64,000 bases of DNA from Macrostomum lignano (lineage: Eukaryota): NCBI GenBank assembly GCA_002269645.1, contig NIVC01002652.1, positions 1 to 64,000 of the forward strand, written 5' to 3'. Below the pieces are notes generated by a model, which saw only the letters and a program-made list of their open reading frames with translations, was not told the DNA's origin and made no database searches. Positions within the stretch are counted from its first letter, which is position 1. Each line of letters starts with the position of its first letter. The position numbers and the translations under genes were made by a program. Of this stretch, positions 35,194 to 45,300 are shown in pieces.

Positions 35194-37640
35194 TCAATGC
35201 AGTTGGAATCTCGGATAGGCCAGGTTCAGCGCGGCCGTTGCCGCCTCCTCCTCCAAGTCCTGCAGCTCGCCCCGGCGATGCAGCTGAAGTTCGCTGCCAC
35301 CACCGCTGCCCCCCAGCAGGTGGCCTCCAATCTCACGGCCTGGCAGCAGCAGCAGGTCCTGCAGAGAGCGCCGGCCGCTGCTGCCTCGGCCCGGCGGTCG
35401 GGCGGTCCCGTAGCTCGAGTCCATGGCCGCCGCCGCTGCAGCAGCCGCAGCCGCCGCGGCCAGAAGCAGCGGGCTGGGCAGCGACAGCTCGCGATTGCCC
35501 AGGCGGGCGATAATCCTGGCCCGGCGGACCCGTTCGAAGTGCTTCGTCTTGTAGGCCTCGTAGAAGCCGTTGCCAGAGCAGCTCGGCGAATCTTCGTTGT
35601 TGGCAAAGTTTCGTCGAAGCAGCACCCGCCAGACGGAGCTGTCGCGGTGCAGCTCGGCCAGGAGCCGGCAGGTTTGGCCCAGCCGGCAGACCTCGACGCA
35701 GCTGTCGCAGCGGCGCAAGATTTGCAGCAGCAGCTCGGGCGGCAGGCAGACGAGGCTGGGCTGGGGAGGCGGTCGGCCGTTCAGCTCGAACAGAGCCGTC
35801 CTGGCGGGCAGGGCGATCTGCGTTTGCGGAAAAGTGACGACTCTTGTCCATGCACCGAAGATGGATGAGGCTTAGTCTAGGAAAATCGAAAAATCATCTC
35901 ACAACTAGCGGGTGCTGCAATTCTACCCATTTCGCTGACTTTGTGCTTCTGGCCCTCACGGTTGGATGAACAACCCTGACCAATATTTGTGCGCCAGCCC
36001 CAAATTAATGAATTGAACCAGTCCGATGAAAACGGTACCTAGGTCAAGAAGCGTCCCAGAGTAACTTGAGTCTCCCCAGAGTCGTTTCAGAGTCGTTGCA
36101 GGTAACACAGGTAAAATAGAAAAGAAGTGACTCTAGACGACTCTAAAACGTCAAGATGTCACGGTACAGGTTGCGAAAAAGTCGTCTAAGGCGTTTTTTT
36201 TATTTGAGGCATTTTATTCTGCGACTTTGAGACGACTCTGGGGCGACGCAAGCTTCCATAATGACTTAGGGGTCGTAGAGTCGTATTTGAGGCGTGCTTA
36301 AAGTCGCTGTAAATTTAGGCCTAAAGCGTATATGCATTAGAATCGCATTTCGCATTTACAACAGCTCTATTTAGTCTACTTAAGTTAGTAGTTCAAAGTT
36401 AAGCGCCAACACAACTACTCTGGGACGACTTTTTCGCGACTCTTACGATTCTGTAACTCACGTGACGCGCACGTGACTCAACAGTCGCCTCTCAGTTGCA
36501 AGTGAGTTGTTCACAATGACTCACTAGCGATTCTTGTCATGGTAACGTTTTCAACGGGCAGGGGTCGTGGCGGGATAGTCAAGTGCTACAGCCGCTGAGC
36601 TTCACTGCTCCTAAAGGCGAGTTCACATTACCGCCGGTAGCTTCGCGGGCCAAACTCAAATGAATTCTAAAATGGGTCTGAACCAACTGCTACATTGGTT
36701 TGAACAATCTTTGACCCCGCGGAGCTACTGGCGGTAATTTAAACCGGCCTTAATGCGTCCAAACACCTAGCTTAGCTCGTTATGTTTCCGGGTTTCGTGC
36801 ATAAATAGAGCGCGACTACTGTAAGTAGTATTTTGAAAAGTTCTTCGGGTACTTTTAGTACTTCCGACTTAAATTACATCGCGCTTGTAACTTTTTCTTC
36901 CAAAGCTCAGATCTACTTACTATTAGCAGATGTAACAAGGGCTTTTTGTAAATATTGTCGGTACAGTCAATTGACTTGAAACTCACCCCATCCTTGAACT
37001 TCATGCTCAACTCCCGCTGGTTCAACAGTCGAACACTGGCCGAGGCCGGGTCGCTGCCAAAGTACCTGGCCACGACGAGGTGCTGGGATGCGCAGGCTGA
37101 CGCTGGCAGGTTGTCAGCCGGTGCAACGCCGCAGTGACAGCCGACTTGTCCGCCTTCGTTCAGCAGCTTCAACAGTGCGTAGCCTTCAAGTTGGTCAGCA
37201 GGGCGATGCCGGTAAGAGTAGCGGAGCGCCACCGAGACGGCGGGCTGGCAGCCGAGCTGTCGGAGCTGCTGGACCACCGACGACGGCAAGTCAAAGTGGG
37301 TCAGCCTTGCGGACTCATTCTGATCGGTTCCTGAATAACTTGCGCCTGCCAGTTGCGGGGTCACCCGCAGTGCGTCTAGTTCCGTCTTTATTATCGATTG
37401 GTCATCCGGGTTGTCTTCGAAGTCCGGCTGCGACCGCTGTTCAGCTTCTTCGGTCTCTGCGTCCTCGCCCGCGGCTGTAAATCCGCACTCCGCCATCAGG
37501 CAGTGCAGAGTGAGCAGCAGCCAGTGAAACTGACTCTCCGGGCGGAGGTCTGCTACCAGGCGACTCAGCGATGGACAAAGTTGGCCATCTTCTGTGCAGA
37601 TTTCCGACACCTCCTGGGGGAGTTGGTGCGACCTCGCCAT
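35194..37640 (-). CDS. FBXO7/nutcracker-like F-box protein (FP-type dimerisation domain + F-box)
   Basis: Two coding exons, 37640-36987 (ATG in cacaATGG; donor GGG|gtgagt) and 35817-35194 (cag|ATC; TGA), joined in phase 0. Gives LLLTLHCLMAECGF ... LSMKFKDG|IALPARTALFELNG-PPPQPSLVCLPPELLLQIL...VWRVLLRRNF, matching the FBXO7 order FP domain - FKD - F-box (LPxEL...W). An alternative upstream in-frame ATG lies at 37733. Confidence 0.78.
36615..36750. mobile_element. 136-bp MITE with imperfect TIRs and TAA target duplication (PIF/Harbinger-like) in the F-box gene intron
   Basis: taa|AGGCGAGTTCACATTACCGCCGGTAGCTTCGCGGG ... CCCGCGGAGCTACTGGCGGTAATTTAAACCGGCCT|taa. The arms are about 35 bp, and a 23-bp core matches at 21 of 23 positions. 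Confidence 0.7.
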
Positions 37641-37874
37641 TGTGCTGCATGCAGCCAGGCAACAGACTGTGCACTGCGCCAAATAGGCCAGTGTAATTTC
37701 CAAACCAATATCTACAAAGTCACTGTTACTCATTTTAGAAGTTAACTTTCTCCATAGACAAAAGACTCGCCACTTCTCTTCCTCGAAATCAGCTGTTAGA
37801 GATCGTAGAGGAAGTAATCGAGTTGCAACCTTTTTATTTGGGAAGTTTTATTTGACAAAAATAGCATACTTCAT

Positions 37875-38382
37875 TGAATCACCAGTGACTGAAGCCCACC
37901 CGTGACTGAAGCTCACCAGTGACTGAAGCCCACCCCGTGACTGAAGCCCACCCGTGACTGAAGCTCACCAGTGACTGAAGCCCACCCCGTGACTGAAGCC
38001 CACCCGTGACTGAAGCTCACCCGTGACTGCAGCCTACCCGTGACTGCAGCCCACCCGTGACTGCAGCCCACCCGTGACTGCAGCCCATCCGTGACTGAAG
38101 CCCACCCCGTGACTGAAGCTCACCCGTGACTGAAGCTCATCCGTGACTGTAGCCCACCCGTGACTGCAGCCTACCAGTGACTGAAGCACACCCGTGACTG
38201 AAGCTCACCCGTGACTGTAGTCCATGACTGCAGCCTACCCGTGACTGTAGCCCACTTGTGACTGTAGCCCACCCGTGACTGCAGCCTACCCGTGACTGAA
38301 GCAAACCCGTGACTGTAGCCCATCCGTGACTGAAGCTCACCCGTGACTGCAGCCCACCCGTGACTGCAGCCCACACGTGACG
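37875..38382. repeat. 17-bp minisatellite between the divergent F-box and AChBP-like genes
   Basis: Unit CCCGTGACTGCAGCCCA / CCCGTGACTGAAGCTCA. Confidence 0.9.
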
Positions 38383-38768
38383 GTGTGTTGAAACTCATTT
38401 TAATTATTTGTTCCAACAATAAAAATTGAAAAAAATTATATTTAATTTTATTGAATCGCTTTAGAATTTACATTTTAAATAAAAAATATAGGCAGATCTG
38501 TAAAACTAGCCAACTCAGAACAAAGAATTTCCTGATCCCATTTTTTAACTCGTCTTTCTTTCAGTGCTCTTTGTTGACAAAATGCTTGGACTGTGAGCTC
38601 TCAGTTATTGATTTGTGGAGCAAAAAGAGCGAATTTAGCATTTTTGTTGGTTCATTTTCACACCTGAAGGTCATAGGCTTAGATAATAACTAGAAATGTG
38701 CACTGGAATTCATAAGGCTATGAATTCCAGTTCATAGGAAATTCATATGCTAAAATCAAAAGTAGGTC

Positions 38769-40623
38769 ATGAAGAATTCTCTTGCTCTCCTGCTGCTGCT
38801 GGCCGCGTCCACCTGTCTGGTGCAAGGTGATCTAACTTGAATGCTTTCGTAACTATTTTATGCTTCTGAGCAGTTTGAATTCAAACTTCATTGTTGCTTT
38901 GTCATGCCATCGCTTTAGGCCAATCCGATGAAGACCGACTTGCGAGCTACCTGCTGAGGCGGTTGGGCAAAACCGGCTCCATCGCTCGGCCTATCGCTCC
39001 CGGCAACGGAAGCCAGGCGGTGGACTTGTCTCTGGGCCTGTCTCTGCTGCGAGTGGCGTCACTGAAGGAATCGTCTGCTGAGATGGACGTGTGGATCCAG
39101 ATGGTGAGAGAAATCTCTTCACACTCGAGCGTAGGTGGGGGCCCAGGACGATTGGAGGTTTCGTGTGAAGGGGTTGCTGACGGAGAAACCGGGACAGAGA
39201 TGTGTCCGCAGCGTGGTCCCCCTCCGGAGAGTCCAGCAGGTGGATGGTTGCTCGCCCGGTAGCCCTTCGGTAGCGGACGAGCTGGCAGAGATTCTCGGGC
39301 CTGAAAACGTGGGAGACTCTCTTATTCTCAATCGCCACTCCGCAGTTCTGGAAGGACCCGAGACTCAGCTGGGACCCGGCCGAATTCGGTGGTCTGAGCC
39401 AGATCGCCCTGCCCTCCAATCTGCTGTGGATTCCGGATGTTCGACCTTTCCATGCGTAAGTGTCTCGTGACAGGCTTCTAAGATAAAGCTTCCATCTGCC
39501 CGCTCTGCTCCATCATTACAAGTATTCCCTCCGCCACCCGACCACCTCAGCGGGAACTACATACCGGACCGGGTCTCCCCAGTCCGAGTGGTCGCCATGA
39601 GCAGCTCTGACGTCATCTACGTACTGCCGGCCAGGCTGCGGGCTCCCTGCGACCGTCTGCGAAACAAGTCGATGAGCTGCCGCCCGGTGCTGGGCAGCTG
39701 GGTGTACAGCGGCCTCTTGCTGAACGCGACGCTGAGCTCCAGCCCCTTCAATATCGCCGATTTTGAGCCTCTGGCCGGTTGGGAAGTGGCCAGAGCCACC
39801 GCCAAGAGGGTCGAAACCTACTACGATTGCTGCCCGGAGCCCTACATCTCCATCAAATACAGCCTTGTGTGAGTAAACCCTACATCTCCATCAACTACAG
39901 CCTTGTGTGAGTAAACCCTGCATCTCCATCAACTATACAGCCTTGTGTGAGTAAACCCTGCATCTCCATCAACTATACAGCCTTGTGTGAGTAAACCCTA
40001 CATCTCCATCAACTACAGCCTTGTGTGAGTAAACCCTGCATCTCCATCAACTATACAGCCTTGTGTGAGTAAACCCTGCATCTCCATCAACTATACAGCC
40101 TTGTGTGAGTAAACCCTACATCCCCATCAACTATACAGCCTTGTGTGAGTAAACCCTGCATCTCCATCAACTACAGCCTTGTGTGAGTAAACTGACAGAC
40201 GAATACTCCAGAATGCCACATAGTTCTTTATTCTTTAGCAGAAAAAACCATCTATTCACAGAATGTGCGTTGTAGTCTACTCCTTGGGCGAAGATAAAGA
40301 GTAGGCAATTAGCGAATTTTCACGCCACGGTCGCAAGTTTACAATGCGCCTAATTACGATCGTGGGCCAACGTATTTATGCACTTGAATCCTGGCTTCAA
40401 TGCATTTTAAACTTTGCTAATTGCCTACTCTTAATCTTCACTAAAAGAGTAGGTTATAACACATTTAACGCAATATTTTGTGCATTTTGTAAGGAAACTC
40501 GAATTGGTGTCTTGTCGGTGAACCATGCTGCCCCCCGCAAATATTCACAGGCTCGACAAGAAGCGCAAGGGCAAGGATGGCAAGGGCAAGGGCAGGCCTC
40601 GCGGAGAAGAAGATGATGACTGA
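38769..40623 (+). CDS. Secreted acetylcholine-binding-protein-like Cys-loop ligand-binding domain (about 247 aa, no transmembrane domain)
   Basis: Exons 38769-38826, 38919-39103, 39346-39455, 39551-39868, 40551-40623 total 744 nt, with consistent phases. Signal peptide MKNSLALLLLLAASTCLVQG, then DEDRLASYLL, DVWIQMFWKDPRLSWDP, WIPDV, PC-x9-C, GSWVY, YYDCCPEPY, and a charged tail VLDKKRKGKDGKGKGRPRGEEDDD*. AATAAA at 40655. Confidence 0.85.
39840..40192 (+). repeat. 38/40-bp tandem repeat derived from an exon-intron junction
   Basis: Unit CCCTACATCTCCATCAACTACAGCCTTGT|GTGAGTAAA, 9 copies. The first copy is the real end of exon 4 plus its donor. Confidence 0.95.
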
Positions 40624-40953
40624 TGAATCTCGAAGACTGCCAAACTTTGATCTCAATAAACGTCTCAAGCTAACAATATTAAACAATCGGAGATTTTCTT
40701 GAAAAAATAAATCGCAATGCCACCAAATAGATTAAGATGTCTTGAAACTGCACAACTACGAGCTTCCAATTACTCCAGACCCGACTCCAAGTCTCAAGTG
40801 GTACTTTTGTACTTTAGCGCATATGTCGCTTACCCCATAAGCTTGACCAGATGTCAAGACTTTTTAAGCTAAATAAATTCTCCAAAATTTCTGAATAAAT
40901 TGTCAACACTACAATACAAGAATAATAAAACCTGTAATTGACTACACCTTTCC

Positions 40954-41210
40954 TAATGGGCAGAGGTGCAACCGACAGCTTCTGAAGGCTGCGTACGGCT
41001 GTTCAGTCCAAGGACTGAGGGGTCGCCACACACCCTCAATTACCCCAGCTAATGCTGGCACCCATTTTACAGCTGGGTGAACTGAAGCAATGCAGAGTTA
41101 AGTGTCTTGCTCAGGGACACAAATTTCTCCGAGTGGATCGAGAATCGAACCCCCGACCTTTGTTAGGTAGAATCGAAGTCGTGAGTCCGACGCTCTGACC
41201 ACTGGGCTAC
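40954..41210 (-). mobile_element. tRNA-derived CORE-type SINE, copy 2
   Basis: Nearly colinear with 31212-31478. It carries a short extra segment in the tRNA head (near 41160-41180) and lacks about 24 nt near the 3' end. Confidence 0.8.
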
Positions 41211-42392
41211 TGCAACCCACTCCTAGGCTACAACACTGCATGCTATAAACGTCAAATCCAATTATCAGTAGCGTTTTTAACAAAAAAGATTTAAAAAGAT
41301 GTCCAGAGCCTTTGTTAGGTAGACAGTAGTATAGCTAACTTTTTACTTGCAAATATGTGAAAAACGCAAAAAAGACGAACTAGCTAAAATTGTGACTGCG
41401 CCGCGCCAATGCAAGCTTCCAAACTGTCCTGTGCGCTTAAATAAGTTTTGTCAGTGGGGCAGAGCGCGCAACCGTATTGTCGAAGAATTGTGCGAGAATA
41501 AGGATTGCACTGTTGCGGCCCAGCAGTCCAACGCATTTGGTGCCGCATCTGTGTGTCGCAACGGGCTGCTTCAAAGAGCAAAGAGAGCTAATCAATAACT
41601 TCAGTCGATAGTCAGAATTCTAGGAAACGATAGTCAGAAGAGGGCAGAAATCGAGACCTGACTCACATTATGTACAAGGAAATTTGTAAGCAATGGACCA
41701 AGAACCAGTTGGGGTCAGTCACAATCTTCGGCAGATGCTTCTATTGAAAACATGCGAATTGAAAAGCAACACTGTGCTGCAGCGGGAGCAAAGCTAAGCA
41801 CGGGACGGTGCAGGAGAGGCTGCTGGTGTACCGATTAGAAAGCTGGCGATGCGCTCAGCATACTGCTACAAGTAGCTAAGGCAGTAAGACTGACCGATTT
41901 AATAAGCATTTTATGCGCACAGTTTTAAAAACCTTTGCAGAAGGTGTTTTACAAAGTCGAAAGATTAAATGATCGCTAGGGAGAGCTTTGGTCAGTTAAA
42001 TAAACCAAAACATGAAGGCGAAATCAGCATTGGATTTGCAGCTTATCAAGTGCAGGCAGGTTTGCAAACTTCAGCGGTTCTTTGGTAATTCGGGAGGCGC
42101 TGAAGCAGACAGTTACAGATCAGGCTTGGTCTGACTGCAGTTGTCTCTCAGCGTCTGCAGGACCTCCGGGTCTCTCGTTGCGCTGTCAAACGAACGGTTT
42201 TGATGAGGACTCGCGCACAGGCAAGGCGCCTCTCGGAGCAGTACCGAGCTCAAATGTATGTCACATCAGAGCCCGGAAAACTCTCAAGAAGACGCTCTAC
42301 TAGGAGCTAACAGGCGAAGAACACCGGAAGTCCTACTACTACTACTAGTATACATGTACATGGTCAACAACAGCGCAGAGTTGGTCGGAGGG

Positions 42393-45300
42393 TCAGTGAC
42401 GCGACATGTCCACAGCCATGTCTTCTTCCTCATCGATGTCCTCCATGTCTCCGGCCTGACAGCAGCCGGTGGTGGAGTCCTCTCTGGCCGGTGAGGTACG
42501 GCCCAGCGGGCTGCCCAGCTGGCTGCCCTGGTCTTCGGCAGTCTCGCCGGAACTGCCGGCCACCTTGATGCCAAGACTCTTGGGTATCTTGGCCAGTATG
42601 TGCACTCCGGCGCCGAAACTTTTGAACCAGGCGCCGCCCTGCTCCCAGGCGGTGTCCACGGACAGATAGAACGGGTGATAGGGCTGTCGGCATTCGATGG
42701 GTCTCAGGTTTGTGTAAATCTGCAAGTTTATTTGTTACAATGTCTGGAGATGTGGCACAATAGTAGAGAAGTGAAACATGATTCACTGACTTGTGCTCAT
42801 AATTGACTGCTCATAAATCACAGTGTGCTCATTAGGGACTGTGCTCATTAGGGACTGTGATCATAAGGGACTGTGATCATAAGGGACTGTGCTCGTTAGG
42901 GACTGTGATGATAAGGGACTGTGCTCGTTAGGGACTGTGATGATAAGGGACTGTGCTCATAAGGGACTGTGCTCATAAGGGACTATAAGGGACTATAAGG
43001 GACTGTGCTCATAAGGGACTGTGCTCATAAGGGACTGTGCTCATAAGGGACTGTGCTTACTGCTTACCTTGAACACCTCGAGTGCGTCGATGGGCAGCTC
43101 ACTGTAGGAGTTTGAGGCCGGCAGGTAGTACCGCCTCTCATCAGCGCCCGGACACTGGCTGAACTGCAGGAACTCGGAGCCGTCAATATTAGTCAACACC
43201 TGGAACTGGCCCCAGGTGAGCGACTTGTGCCGACTGGTGCCACGGACGCAGAAGTGAACTCGATTGAAGAACCACAGCGTGTTGAGTAGAGCCTAAAATC
43301 AAGTGCATGTATTCTGTTGCACTATCTGCTACTTTTATCAAATAAACAACAACCGTTATGTAAGTTTAATTTTGGAAAACAACAACAACTGTTTGGGTGA
43401 GGGTTATTAAATAATTATTGATCGACCCCACCAAACGAATGTACATCAAGAGTACAAGTGTATATTGTGGCTTTATTAATTTTGTGTCTATTCATTTCAT
43501 TTAACTTCCTTTCTAAAAACCTTTATATCTCCGAAAATTCATTTCTCCGGAACTTCATATCTCCGAAACTTCATATCTCCGAAACTTCATATCTCCGAAA
43601 CTTGATATCTCCGGAGCTTCATATCTCTGAAACTTCATATCTCCGAAACTTCATATCTCTGAAACATCTCTGAAACTTCATATCTCTGAAACTTCATATC
43701 TCCGGAGCTTCATATCTCTGAAACTTCATATCTCCGAAACTTCATATCTCTGAAACTTCATATCTCTGAAACTTCATATCTCTGAAACTTCATATCTCCG
43801 AAACTTCATATCTCTGAAACTTCATATCTCCGGAACTTCATGTCTCCGAAACTTCATGTCCCCAAAAACTTCATATCTCCGGAACTTCATATCTCTGAAA
43901 CTTCATATCTCTGAAACTTCATATCTCCGGAACTTCATATCTCCGGAGCTTCATATCTCCGGAGCTTCATATCTCCGGAGCTTCATATCCCTGAACCTTC
44001 ATATCTCCAATAAGCCTAACCCCAACGGAGATATAAAGTTTCGGGGTTGGGAAAAAGGCTGCTATTTCGGAGATATGAAACCTTCAAGTTCTTGCTAAAA
44101 AAAGTCCTGGATAAAACAACTCGCATCATTGAAGTGCATTATTAAAGGTGTCTTTGTAGCTATTAAAAAACTTCATTCGATTTGACGGTTTGACACGACT
44201 TATTTTTACCCATTCACGTGTGTCCCTGCTCAGAGCCAGAAGCAATTCCATTTGCCCAATCTGCAATTCATTCTTTGTCTCAGCAATAATTATAAATATT
44301 AGTATTCATAATTTCACATGCCGAAAGCAGAGAACAGAAAATGTTCGGCGTCAGCCGTCATAATAATTAATGCCGCTAGCAGCCGACTGCTTCCGCAGTT
44401 GCGCTCTGTTTCAATAAGCATATGCAAGTGTCCGATATACCAAGTGGACAGCCCTGATTCAACAAGCCCATAATGCCTGCTCTCCAGTCTACCGGTAATT
44501 TGGCAGTTGAACAGAGTGACTTTTCCTACTCAACAAAGCTGTATGACTCATATCGTGCCGATATAATTGTTTCTCTGTTGCCAGGCGCAAGTTGAAAGCT
44601 CAATTTGTACAACATAGTCGAGGAAATACAACTGGAAGCAAAAAAAGCAGCACAGAGCCGCTAATTTAGCAGAGGAAATCGAGCTTTCTGGAGATATGAG
44701 ACTCCATAGAACAGGTGAACTCCACCCCACCTTTAGCTTGGATACCAAAAATCTGCATTTAGCCACGCACGAGTGCCCCTCCGAGCCATAGACATCTCGC
44801 ATTTGTTTCGGACGCGCGGGACCCAATCGGTGGACAATGTCGCCTGTATTACAGTCGAGCCGAGGAAACAGCAATCAGACGAATAAAAGCGCGGGGGGGG
44901 CATTCAGACCAGGAAATATATGGGCGCCTTGTGCAATAAAATGTAATTGGCAAAGTAGCGAATTTCTGGCAAAAGAGCGGAAAGTCATTTCAAGCAGAGA
45001 GATCGAGAGGATGGGTAGAAATACGACCTAATGTGTCTGTCTTCTTTTGCAGCCACGGTAAGAGATGGAATTCCAAGGACCGAGCACAATGGATACTGTC
45101 TCCTGCAGCCAGATAGTTAGCCCCCGCTTTAGGCAGCCTCTTGTGACAAGAGACGAAAATTGATATAAGTTGAAAAAAGACAACAGAGGAACTGAAAAAC
45201 ACACTGGTGGATGCTCTGCTGTGTCAGCATCAACTGCCGGTAGCGAGCCAACAAGTTCAAACTTCGCGGCTGCTCCTAGTGAAGTATTTTTTTCTTCAGC

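Noticed and set aside
38769-40623. Conventional nAChR alpha subunit
   Set aside because: No transmembrane exons are found before the convergent gene at 42393, the Cys-loop lacks FPFD, and there is an in-frame stop followed by a polyA signal.
24570-40623. A functional neuro-signalling cluster (CASK, amine receptor, AChBP-like)
   Set aside because: Neural genes are common, and an unrelated F-box gene lies among them. The sequence gives no evidence of co-regulation.
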